Shown: in pieces, positions 54,463 through 62,464 of the stretch
Layout of the letters: every line of letters starts with the position of its first letter
How positions within the stretch are numbered: the first letter of the stretch is position 1
DNA from: a virus
Strand: one strand, 5' to 3'
Length of the DNA: 64,000 bases
Virus record (IMG/VR): IMGVR_UViG_3300005337_000001
Coordinates: 32,001 to 96,000 of that record
Position numbers and translations under genes: made by a program
The notes under the pieces: model-generated
What the model was told of the DNA's origin: nothing
Database searches by the model: none
The model's input: only the letters and a program-made list of their open reading frames with translations

Positions 54463-54900
54463 ATGCATCGAAACCAAACATCCATCATCTTCACGCCGGA
54501 CCAGCTGCTACGAGCCGTCAAAGGCTGGTGCTGGGACTGCGGCGAGAGAGTGCCTGACTACATCGTGCAGAAAGAGGTTTGGAATGCAGCCTGGCCCGGC
54601 GACGATCGAATGGGTACTAAACGTCTCAAGCGTCTGAAGCAAGCAGCGACCAGGGTCTTTCCTGAACGCGCTCGCTCCATCGACAGCAACCTCGTGCACG
54701 TTCACGTCCACCTGTGCTTCCCCTGCTTGGAGAAGAGGCTGGGCAGGAAACTAGTCATCACCGACTTCACCACCAAGACCAGAGCGGGGAAGATCGTCAA
54801 GGAGAACGCTGGGATCTTCCTCGGCTTCATGTTGGGGCAGAAGGTAGAGCGTGCGAAAAAAGGCGAGGAAACCGGGGATAAGAAAGATGAAGGAGGATAG
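54463..54900 (+). CDS. conserved phage Zn-binding protein
   Basis: CWDCG..DYIV...VW...HLCFPCLEKRLGR.L...DF. Confidence 0.7.
   Translation: MHRNQTSIIFTPDQLLRAVKGWCWDCGERVPDYIVQKEVWNAAWPGDDRMGTKRLKRLKQAATRVFPERARSIDSNLVHVHVHLCFPCLEKRLGRKLVITDFTTKTRAGKIVKENAGIFLGFMLGQKVERAKKGEETGDKKDEGG
54856..54893 (+). promoter_or_regulatory. phage promoter motif (AAAA-N18-ATAAGA-N5-GAAGG)
   Basis: motif within the 3' end of the 54463 gene; GAAGGAGG is SD of ATG 54903. Confidence 0.55.
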
Positions 54901-54902
54901 CA

Positions 54903-55045
54903 ATGTCCCAACAATCAGGTGAGCTGGCGCCGTGCTGAGCGTAGCCAGCCTCATCGCCGCCGAGTGGTTAGTTGAATTCGCCATCGGCTGGCACAACGGT
55001 TTCATGCGGAAGTACCGCCAAGCGCAAAAGGAAGGACGACTCTGA
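54903..55045 (+). pseudogene. small membrane protein with a probable 1-nt frameshift near 54930
   Basis: strong SD; MSQQSGELA continues as VLSVASLIAAEWLVEF..GRL* (TGATG coupled) if one base is added. Confidence 0.45.
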
Positions 55046-55365
55046 TGCTGACCCCCGTACGTGAGATGGCTGAGCCGGAGCGTCGCCGCCACCAACAGAA
55101 CCTAGGCCTGGTCATTGTGACCCGGCGTTCCGATCCACCACTAACCGAGAAGAGAAAAAGAATGGACGAGACGGCACGACCCCAAACCCCTCGCGCTGGC
55201 ATGAGCCGCGCTGCCCAGACCCTCGAGCGAATGACGGAGACGCCGACCTTCAAAGAGGTCGCGCTCCACGAGCTCCAGCGCGCGTCGGTCTACGTGCCGA
55301 TGCTGTTTTCAGCAGGAATTGGGCTGCTTTGGCTCAACAAGCGCTTCTTCCTGAAGGTCATCTGA
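55045..55365 (+). CDS. protein with C-terminal TM helix
   Basis: TGATG coupling; VYVPMLFSAGIGLLWL. Confidence 0.6.
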   Translation: MLTPVREMAEPERRRHQQNLGLVIVTRRSDPPLTEKRKRMDETARPQTPRAGMSRAAQTLERMTETPTFKEVALHELQRASVYVPMLFSAGIGLLWLNKRFFLKVI

Positions 55366-55559
55366 CCGACGCCAGGCAGAGGCGGAGAAGGCACAAGACC
55401 AATCGGTCACGTGCCTTTTCGTAGCCCTGTGGCGGACATGTGGCGCCTCAATTGTGGTGATGAGCTGCCCACACCCCAAGATGAATTCCCTTGAACTTCG
55501 CTGAGAATTCCCCAAACTACGGACCAGGCAATCAAGCCTATCCGAAATGCAGGTGCACC

Positions 55560-55853
55560 ATGGCCAAGCAGACCTTCTTCCAGATGGGTATGAACCCGCT
55601 CGGAAATGCCGAGGTGATGCTGGACGTGTGCCGTAAAGAGTATGAGAAAGCTGGTCGCGCTGCGGATGTCGAGGAGCTCAAGAGCATCTCGGTCCGTAAC
55701 GCAGACGGCGCTCGTCTCGCGCTGCTCACCGTCTGGCACCTCCCGGAAGACATTCACGTCACCGACATCAAGCGCTACACCGTCGTAGCAATGCGCTTGG
55801 CGGTACGTGCGACCGATCGCCAGCGTGGTTCGCAGCTTCAGCTAGCCAGCTGA
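55560..55853 (+). CDS. hypothetical protein
   Basis: SD AGGTG before ATG 55560. Confidence 0.7.
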   Translation: MAKQTFFQMGMNPLGNAEVMLDVCRKEYEKAGRAADVEELKSISVRNADGARLALLTVWHLPEDIHVTDIKRYTVVAMRLAVRATDRQRGSQLQLAS

Positions 55854-55862
55854 CAGCAGCTG

Positions 55863-55900
55863 CAAAACACCTCCTTCGCACGGAATAAGAGAAGTGAAGG
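55863..55900 (+). promoter_or_regulatory. phage promoter motif CAAA-N18-ATAAGA-N5-GAAGG
   Basis: exact motif. Confidence 0.65.
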
Positions 55901-55929
55901 CACAGACGTGGGGTCTGTGCGAAGGAGGT
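55869..55929 (+). promoter_or_regulatory. RBS-occluding stem (anti-SD/SD)
   Basis: ACCTCCTTCGCAC 55869-81 is the perfect reverse complement of GTGCGAAGGAGGT 55917-29. Confidence 0.65.
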
Positions 55930-55934
55930 TCCAC

Positions 55935-56546
55935 ATGTTGCTGTTCGAAGTACACGAAAGCGTGCGCCCAGGTTTCAACTTAGTCTTGGACGATGGTGAA
56001 GCAGGCGTGCCAATGGGCTACGACGACAAGGTCGGCGGTAAAACTTGGTTGCCGCTCGGCAACTCCGTCGAGCGGTGGCTGACTCATCCCGAAGATCAAC
56101 GGGAAGAGTTCAAGCTGCTGCACGCGCATCTCGAAGAGAAGAACATCGGCTTCTGCCTGACGGGGCAGACCGCCGAAGAAGCAGCGCTAGAAAAAAGAGC
56201 GCTGGTGTTGATCGACGGCTGTACCGATCCCGAGGTAGGCGTCACCATCATCGCAGAGGCTTTCGGAAAGACCATGCCGGAGCTGGTGACGCACACACAC
56301 GGCGATGGACATTCGAGGCAGCTCTACATCTTCAATCACGGCGACGCGCTGTTCATCAGCTGGTCTGCTGCGTCGTTGGAGGCGAGCCGCCCCAAACGTT
56401 TCATCGTTACCTGGGACGCGGAGAAGAAGCAGTTGTTGGAGACGTCCGTTGGCCGCCCGCGCCGGAACTCGAGGCCGACGAAGAAGCAGGAGAAGAAGCG
56501 CCAACAGCAGGCACCTGCGGTGGGTCAGGAGTTACGACCGGAATGA
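55935..56546 (+). CDS. hypothetical protein
   Basis: SD AAGGAGGT before ATG 55935. Confidence 0.75.
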   Translation: MLLFEVHESVRPGFNLVLDDGEAGVPMGYDDKVGGKTWLPLGNSVERWLTHPEDQREEFKLLHAHLEEKNIGFCLTGQTAEEAALEKRALVLIDGCTDPEVGVTIIAEAFGKTMPELVTHTHGDGHSRQLYIFNHGDALFISWSAASLEASRPKRFIVTWDAEKKQLLETSVGRPRRNSRPTKKQEKKRQQQAPAVGQELRPE

Positions 56547-56820
56547 CAGGCGGGTCGGTGGACGAGGGCTTTCCCTTGTCTGCCGATTCCTCTTTTTTCT
56601 TAGCCCTGGGCGCGCGTGGCTTGGTGAAGTCCTTGGCGATCGACTTCAGCAGACTGGTCACGGTCTTGGTACACCCGTCACACAGGCAGCCGTACTTGGC
56701 TTCGAACTTTTCGCCTGCGAGCTCGGCCACCAACTCGAGCTTCACCTCGACTGCTTTGTCGGTATACCAAACGCGCGTACAGCGCTCACACGCGTTCTGA
56801 ACTACTGTCTTGCTCGGCAT
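56407..56820 (-). CDS. CxxC-containing protein, possibly Lsr2-like N-terminal fold
   Basis: KTVVQ..CERC...VKLEL...G.K.E....CDGC...V..LL; basic/Pro-rich tail. Confidence 0.5.
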   Translation of the reverse strand: MPSKTVVQNACERCTRVWYTDKAVEVKLELVAELAGEKFEAKYGCLCDGCTKTVTSLLKSIAKDFTKPRAPRAKKKEESADKGKPSSTDPPVIPVVTPDPPQVPAVGASSPASSSASSSGAGGQRTSPTTASSPRPR

Positions 56821-57049
56821 CGTGCTTCTCCGGATGGGTTTTCCACCAAAGGTAGGTCTTGAGAATCGCCTTCTCAGACTTGCTGAGTGGTTCATCGTTC
56901 TTGAGCTCCCGCTGGAAGTACTCGCCGAAGGCTGCGATGTCGGCGTCGACTACGGCTGCGATGAAGTCACCTTCCGTCGTAGTGAAAGAGCGATGGGCGT
57001 CGTCCTCTAAGTAAACGACGACTTTGTAATTCTCAGGTGTACCAGCCAT
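56786..57049 (-). CDS. hypothetical protein
   Basis: tiled ORF. Confidence 0.65.
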   Translation of the reverse strand: MAGTPENYKVVVYLEDDAHRSFTTTEGDFIAAVVDADIAAFGEYFQRELKNDEPLSKSEKAILKTYLWWKTHPEKHDAEQDSSSERV

Positions 57050-57057
57050 AGACCCTG

Positions 57058-57501
57058 ATGTACCATGCCTTCATGCGTACTGTCACGGTGGACGACGCTG
57101 ATGAACTTGCCGAGCTGGACAAGCAGCTCTTCCCGAACAACTGCCTCAACGAGTTTACGTTGGCCAGGGAGATTGCCTTGGGCTCCGGCTGGTGCTTCGT
57201 CGAAGCCGGTGACATCGTCGCGTACATACTGTGCCGCGGAGACAGCTACCTCACCGACATTATGCGGCTCGGCGTGCTACCTGCGTACGAGGGGCGCGGC
57301 CTTGGTCGCTCGCTACTGCTGCGCGGCATGATGACGACGCCGCACACCATGCTCACGGTCGCCACTGACAACACCCGCGCCCTACGTCTCTACCACCACT
57401 TGGGCTTTGAGATCGTAGGGCGACTTCTCGGCGACAGCGCTTGGGTAATGGGCAAGGCCCAGCAGAACATGACCCGCTACTTCATCGGCTTGGACCGGTA
57501 G
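57058..57501 (+). CDS. GNAT acetyltransferase, RimI-like
   Basis: IMRLGVLP.YEGRGLGRSLL (motif A); LTV.TDNTRALRLY..LGF (motif B). Confidence 0.9.
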   Translation: MYHAFMRTVTVDDADELAELDKQLFPNNCLNEFTLAREIALGSGWCFVEAGDIVAYILCRGDSYLTDIMRLGVLPAYEGRGLGRSLLLRGMMTTPHTMLTVATDNTRALRLYHHLGFEIVGRLLGDSAWVMGKAQQNMTRYFIGLDR

Positions 57502-57677
57502 GTCCTGCCGTCGGGCGACTTCAAAACGGTCGATCCGTCACGAGCCCTGGTCTCTACCGCCAGCTGGTGCCCCGGCGTGCGAATCTTTCGCATACCACCG
57601 GGGGCCGACTCGTGGATGATGACCTTGCCGCCTTCAACCCGTCGAGCTTGCCTCGAGTCCGGTACTAGTCTCGCCAT
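57477..57677 (-). CDS. small basic protein
   Basis: tiled ORF. Confidence 0.5.
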   Translation of the reverse strand: MARLVPDSRQARRVEGGKVIIHESAPGGMRKIRTPGHQLAVETRARDGSTVLKSPDGRTYRSKPMK

Positions 57678-58230
57678 TGCTACTGTCCTTTCCGCCGAAC
57701 ACGACGTCGTCGTCGGCTGATTCTGTTTCGCCCTCGGGCGTGATGAGTGGATCGAAGGGCTCCGTCTGCGGCGCCGCCGAAGCGTGCTTCGCCTTCAGCT
57801 CCTCGAGCTCTTCGTTCACCTGCGTCAAGTACATCTTGATGTACCCAGGCCAGTGTACTCCACCAACCGAACGGTGCTGAAGGCTCGGCGCTTCGAGAGC
57901 GCTCAGCTTGGAAATGTTGTCGACGCCACCACGCACGAGGTCGTCGAGGATCAAGGAGATGGCACCGACGCGTGAGTCGAGGTGCTGGATCGAGTTGCCG
58001 AAGCCCTGCCAATTTGCGTTGTAGGCTTCGACGAGCTCGTTATGACCTTTGACCACCAGCTGCAGCTGCTGGTTGAGCTGCTGGATGTGCGGGTTTTTGT
58101 CCCCCGCGTCCAGGTCCTGCAGCCTTTTGATGTGGGTGGCTACCTTTGCCCTTTCCTTTTCCTGCTGACGGGCTAGAGCCTTTTTGACTTGGCTGGGGCG
58201 CGGGCGGTTCCTCTGTCCATTCCTGCTCAT
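57634..58230 (-). CDS. coiled-coil hypothetical protein
   Basis: SD GGAG; heptad pattern. Confidence 0.7.
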   Translation of the reverse strand: MSRNGQRNRPRPSQVKKALARQQEKERAKVATHIKRLQDLDAGDKNPHIQQLNQQLQLVVKGHNELVEAYNANWQGFGNSIQHLDSRVGAISLILDDLVRGGVDNISKLSALEAPSLQHRSVGGVHWPGYIKMYLTQVNEELEELKAKHASAAPQTEPFDPLITPEGETESADDDVVFGGKDSSNGETSTGLEASSTG

Positions 58231-58486
58231 CGTTTCTCTCCGCTAGTACGTGGTTGAACTTCGACATCTCGAGCTCGCGGTTCTTCGCAAGCCTCTGAAG
58301 CTTCATCACCACGTCGATGATGACGTCTTCAGGTACGGTACTCTCATTCCGCGTAAGCTCCTCACATTCGAGGCGCCGCTGCGGGTCTTCTTCGCCCTCA
58401 GGCGGCAGCAGGTACTCGTGCGCCAATCCGATCAGCGCGAGGATTGCGGTCCGTTCGTAGGCGAGCTTTCTGTATTCGGAGTTCAT
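58040..58486 (-). CDS. hypothetical protein (3' end uncertain)
   Basis: ATG 58486 overlaps upstream; long overlap downstream. Confidence 0.55.
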   Translation of the reverse strand: MNSEYRKLAYERTAILALIGLAHEYLLPPEGEEDPQRRLECEELTRNESTVPEDVIIDVVMKLQRLAKNRELEMSKFNHVLAERNDEQEWTEEPPAPQPSQKGSSPSAGKGKGKGSHPHQKAAGPGRGGQKPAHPAAQPAAAAGGQRS

Positions 58487-59151
58487 GCGACTAGGAAGGC
58501 GTAGAACCTGGACAGGAGGTCGGCACCGGCCGAGGTATCCTTGATTATGTTCCGAAGGGGGTAGATGTGTCGAGCCCGCCGGGCCCGGGTCCGCTCCAGA
58601 GCCTGGCTGCCCTTCCACGTCGCTTTGTCCACTTGAGCCAAGGAAATCGAGCGGATGTCCTCCTTGGCGTGCTTCAGGTAGATGTCGGCGTTGTAGTCGC
58701 AGAGCCGGTAGTACCGGTAGATTACCTCCGCCCACTTGCGCATAGGCAGGTTGAAGAACAGCTCCCCGATGACATCCTCGTGCCTCCACATCGTGCCACA
58801 GGCGGGGCACACGATCCCCTGCGAGTTGTTGTACTGGTCGAGCAGCAGCGCCTGGCACTGGTTCTTGCCAAGGCGTGAGCCCGGGCACAGGTAGAGCTTG
58901 TCGTCGCCACCACCATGCAGCTTGGCGCCACTTCCCCAGAAGCTCATCACCCCGGGCGTTGGGTTCGACGTCGACCGCTGCTTGCCGAACAGGATTTCGA
59001 TCTTGAACTTGGCCTTGACCTCTTTGTCCGCCAGCAGCTTGGCGAGCACGGTCGCCTGCTTGGCAAAGCGTTCAGCCTCCTCGTTCGTGAGGATGATCTC
59101 GCCGTCACGCACGTCGTCGTAACGAATCGCTCCTTCATGCTGCTCGGTCAT
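58483..59151 (-). CDS. conserved hypothetical protein with Zn ribbon
   Basis: LYLCPG...C...CPACG. Confidence 0.75.
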   Translation of the reverse strand: MTEQHEGAIRYDDVRDGEIILTNEEAERFAKQATVLAKLLADKEVKAKFKIEILFGKQRSTSNPTPGVMSFWGSGAKLHGGGDDKLYLCPGSRLGKNQCQALLLDQYNNSQGIVCPACGTMWRHEDVIGELFFNLPMRKWAEVIYRYYRLCDYNADIYLKHAKEDIRSISLAQVDKATWKGSQALERTRARRARHIYPLRNIIKDTSAGADLLSRFYAFLVA

Positions 59152-59615
59152 CCGCGTTGCCTTGTCTGTGCCATGACGGGCGAGCCAGCTGACTGCGAGC
59201 CCTTGCCCCTGGCGTTCACACCACCACGCACGTCACCTTCCTTGTAGCCAGGTAGCAACTGCCGGGTGAGCTCGACGCGCGCGGGCTGCGACGACGACAT
59301 GATGGTGGCCACGATGTTCTGGTACTGCGCGGCCAGGTCTGGGCTCTGGAAGATGAGTCGCCAGACGTAGCGAATTTTGTCGCCGTGGATGATGTACTTC
59401 TTGGAGATGTCCAGCGTCCACGGGTTACCGGGCTTCTCCGACGTGGTGAGCAGCTGGTAGATGACCGGAGCGAAGAACGCCCAGCGGTCCTGGTGGCTAC
59501 GCCCGGAGATGCGCAGCTGCTTGGCCCCCTCCAGCTCCTCGAGAACCTCGAAGCCACACTTCTGCATGAGCGCAGCGTAAACGTTAGCCTTGGTGATCGG
59601 TGCTGCGTTTGGCAT
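59148..59615 (-). CDS. hypothetical protein
   Basis: SD AAGG before ATG 59615. Confidence 0.7.
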   Translation of the reverse strand: MPNAAPITKANVYAALMQKCGFEVLEELEGAKQLRISGRSHQDRWAFFAPVIYQLLTTSEKPGNPWTLDISKKYIIHGDKIRYVWRLIFQSPDLAAQYQNIVATIMSSSQPARVELTRQLLPGYKEGDVRGGVNARGKGSQSAGSPVMAQTRQRG

Positions 59616-60093
59616 TGCCTTCTCGAATGGGGGTGCAGATGATGAACGCTTTGGTGTCTTCGAAGTAGAGGTCCAGCACGGACGAGAAGAAAACCTTCTT
59701 TTTATCGTCGAGCAAGTACGACTCACCGTTGGTGAGCATCGCCTCGATAGAATCGTTGTTCCATGGGATGATGTAGTCGATGTAGTTGCGCCGGTTGATG
59801 GTGCCGAAAGTAACGTTCAGCGTACCGCTCGAGCCGTTCTCAGTGACGAGATGAAGCTTCCCAGACTTGCGGGTCTGCAAAAAGTTCTTGAGGATGTCCA
59901 AGTCGGTGACGCGCACCTCAACCTGGTTGGCGCTGGTCATCGCTTCTTCGATGGCTTCGATCGCTTCCTCCGGCGACTTGAACCCATCACCCTCAGGTAC
60001 CACCACGCCTGGCAGCTTCCACTTCTTGAGCTCCTGCAGCATGGTCTCGTCGAGAGCTCCAGACTGCGTGACAGCGCGCGCTAGTTCACTCAT
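59584..60093 (-). CDS. hypothetical protein
   Basis: ATG 60093 overlaps upstream stop. Confidence 0.7.
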   Translation of the reverse strand: MSELARAVTQSGALDETMLQELKKWKLPGVVVPEGDGFKSPEEAIEAIEEAMTSANQVEVRVTDLDILKNFLQTRKSGKLHLVTENGSSGTLNVTFGTINRRNYIDYIIPWNNDSIEAMLTNGESYLLDDKKKVFFSSVLDLYFEDTKAFIICTPIREGNAKRSTDHQG

Positions 60094-60641
60094 GATTTTG
60101 GTCTTTCCTTCAGGAAGGGGATGGTGATCTTGTAGGAGCGCACCGTATCCGGCAAGGCGGCGCGCCGGCCGTACCCAGCGCACAGGAACAATGCCTCGTC
60201 CGGAAGCTCGGGATCGGCCAAGAACGACAGGCCGTAGCACTCCTCCTTGGCCAGCACTACGTTCGTCGTCCGCGCGTGCCAGGGGAAGAAGAGAGAGTTC
60301 GGCCCGCCGGCGAACGCGATGGGGTTCATCCCATCCATATGCGCCTTGGCGAAGAGCTGGCCCACAGCCGCCGCCGCGTTGGTCTCTGTGAGAAGCCGAA
60401 GCTCTTCCAGCTGCGAGTTACGGATCACAGCGAACGGCATCAGCGTGGCCAGGTCTATCTCGAGCTCGGTCTCCGCTTCATCATCACGACGGAAGCGACG
60501 GTACGTGATCTTGTCCTTGCTCAGAACAATCTCCTGCACCCGCGGGCGCTCGAGGATGCCGGCTACGACCTTCAAGAAACCAGGAACGCCGGTAGCCGGC
60601 GGTACGGGGATCTCTTTCGTCTCTTCGATGTAAGCTGGCAT
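60090..60641 (-). CDS. hypothetical protein
   Basis: TGATG coupling. Confidence 0.75.
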   Translation of the reverse strand: MPAYIEETKEIPVPPATGVPGFLKVVAGILERPRVQEIVLSKDKITYRRFRRDDEAETELEIDLATLMPFAVIRNSQLEELRLLTETNAAAAVGQLFAKAHMDGMNPIAFAGGPNSLFFPWHARTTNVVLAKEECYGLSFLADPELPDEALFLCAGYGRRAALPDTVRSYKITIPFLKERPKS

Positions 60642-60835
60642 CAGACTTGCTCCGCGTCGTACTTGACCTGTTCCTCGGCGGCTAGTAGCTGCTCAAAGAG
60701 CTGCGTTGCCACAGCGGACAGGCTAGTGCTGTGCCGCTCCACGTAGTCGTGCATCTTCTGCTCGAGCGCTTCAGACACTCTAAGGTGAATCCGCCCGGCC
60801 TTCTTCTTGGCGCGGACCTTCTTGGGTTTTGACAT
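60641..60835 (-). CDS. ribbon-helix-helix DNA-binding protein
   Basis: RIHLRVSEALEQKMHDYVERHSTSLSAV. Confidence 0.7.
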   Translation of the reverse strand: MSKPKKVRAKKKAGRIHLRVSEALEQKMHDYVERHSTSLSAVATQLFEQLLAAEEQVKYDAEQV

Positions 60836-61088
60836 CGGTCTCCACGTACTTTAGGCCATCGAGGTACTCGAAGATGCCCTTGATGTTGGGGAACTTACCG
60901 GACAAGTACTGCACCACCGCGTCGCCAGCGCGGTCGAGTATCTCATCGGTGAGCGGCTGCCCTACGAAGATAGGCGAGATGTGCTCACCGATTTCCTTGA
61001 TGAGCTGCCCGTTCATGCCAATCCACGTGGGCAGCCACATGTAGTTGAGGCTGACCTCACCGGGACCTGTGCGTTGAACGAGCTTCAC
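60780..61088 (-). CDS. hypothetical protein
   Basis: GTGA overlap. Confidence 0.7.
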   Translation of the reverse strand: MKLVQRTGPGEVSLNYMWLPTWIGMNGQLIKEIGEHISPIFVGQPLTDEILDRAGDAVVQYLSGKFPNIKGIFEYLDGLKYVETDVKTQEGPRQEEGRADSP

Positions 61089-61423
61089 AACGTGACCTCG
61101 ACCTCTCCCTCTTCGAGAATGAAGAGCACGTCGCTGGCGCGGATCATGACCTCGTTGTCTTCGAGCAGCATGGCAAAGGCGTGGCCCTGCTTGGTTTCGC
61201 TCGCGCCCTTGAAGAACGGGAAGCGGTCACCCGGCTTCACCTCGGACGGCACGAGGTACTCGCGCTTGAGCTTCTTGCTGTAGAAGCGACGGCCAGGCCC
61301 CACCTCTTTGCATACGGCAAAGCGAATGGGGTCAGGCCCTACTTTGATGATGCCGCCTTTCGTAGTCTTCGGCGCAGGCTCGACTACGGCCACCATCCAA
61401 TCGCTCCAGAGCTCGATCTTCAT
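61085..61423 (-). CDS. groES: GroES-like co-chaperonin
   Basis: D..V......TKGGII...V..VGPG.....EVKPGD....IRASDVL. Confidence 0.8.
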   Translation of the reverse strand: MKIELWSDWMVAVVEPAPKTTKGGIIKVGPDPIRFAVCKEVGPGRRFYSKKLKREYLVPSEVKPGDRFPFFKGASETKQGHAFAMLLEDNEVMIRASDVLFILEEGEVEVTL

Positions 61424-61776
61424 AGCGAAGGTGCAGCTCCGCCGAGGACGTCGACCGTGTCGTCCTTCGGGATGTTCACCGGCGCGCTGTCCTTCTGGAA
61501 CTCGGCGACGCCAGCGGCGAGCCAGTCGGTCATGGGCTTGAGCGTGGAGCACCAGGCGACGGTGTCGCTCGGCGCGTAGTGTTGGCCGCCGACCTCGAAG
61601 AACATGGCCACCGTGGGGCGGCCTTGCTCGTCGTTGTAGTTGACGAAGATCACCTTGCCCTCCACGACGTGCATGACCTTCTGCGAAGGCCCAACGGATG
61701 CGCCGGTGGCGTCGCGCGCCGTGCGTACACCTTGCATACGAGCCGCGAGTGGATTGTTCTGATTACCTAGAGACAT
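61420..61776 (-). CDS. hypothetical protein
   Basis: ATG 61776; tiled. Confidence 0.65.
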   Translation of the reverse strand: MSLGNQNNPLAARMQGVRTARDATGASVGPSQKVMHVVEGKVIFVNYNDEQGRPTVAMFFEVGGQHYAPSDTVAWCSTLKPMTDWLAAGVAEFQKDSAPVNIPKDDTVDVLGGAAPSL

Positions 61777-62464
61777 TTGCTTTGTCCTTCCTGAATTTCT
61801 CGATCTTCGCTTGCAGCTGTTCCTTGGTGATCCAGCTGCCAAATTCGTTCCACTCGCGGGGGTAGTAGAACCGCTCCGCGTGGGTCTTGAGCAAGAGCTC
61901 CACCTTGATGAGGAGCCAACCGCCGGTATCACTCGACGGTCGTACTTCCGTATCGTGAGAACTGAGCCAGTGCTCGATGGTCTGTAAGTCCGACCAGCGC
62001 CCAGTGGCTGGGTGCTCGTAGCGCCAATAACCACCGGCCATGGGCTTGGCTTTGGCGTAGAGCACTTCGCCGAATGCATCGGCCAGGGTGTCGAGACCGT
62101 GGCGCAAGCCCACGCTCTTCGGCACTACATGATCATCGCTCTCGGCGAGTTTGCTCTTGCGTGTGGAGTCACGCAGGTCCAGCACACGGTCGGGCACCGA
62201 GTTGGCCTTGATGTAAGCCACCGGGTCCGTGCGCAGTAGATGCAGCAGCTGTGGCTCAAGCCGCGCTGGTAGCAGGCCCTTACGATCCGTTCGCTTGATG
62301 ACCAAACCTACATGGGGGTCGACTAGCTGAAGACGAAGCGACGCTTCCGTCATCATTTTGGCGAAGCTCCAGTCGCTGAACGCCACAGTAATACTGCTGG
62401 CGGTGATCTCACCTTCGTAATGCTCACCCACGCGCTTGTACGTGAGCTCCACGTCATTCGACAT
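61763..62464 (-). CDS. hypothetical protein
   Basis: SD AAGG before ATG 62464. Confidence 0.7.
   Translation of the reverse strand: MSNDVELTYKRVGEHYEGEITASSITVAFSDWSFAKMMTEASLRLQLVDPHVGLVIKRTDRKGLLPARLEPQLLHLLRTDPVAYIKANSVPDRVLDLRDSTRKSKLAESDDHVVPKSVGLRHGLDTLADAFGEVLYAKAKPMAGGYWRYEHPATGRWSDLQTIEHWLSSHDTEVRPSSDTGGWLLIKVELLLKTHAERFYYPREWNEFGSWITKEQLQAKIEKFRKDKANVSR

Noticed and set aside
55455-55475. GGTGATGAGCTGCCC as a fluoride riboswitch or hammerhead core
   Set aside because: Downstream conserved elements are missing (no second GAUG segment; core is GUGAUGA, not CUGAUGA)
55879-55885. CACGGAA as a CsrA/Rsm site in an alternative hairpin loop
   Set aside because: Single copy, overlaps the promoter GG-ATAAGA box, and host CsrA status is unknown; the promoter explanation is simpler
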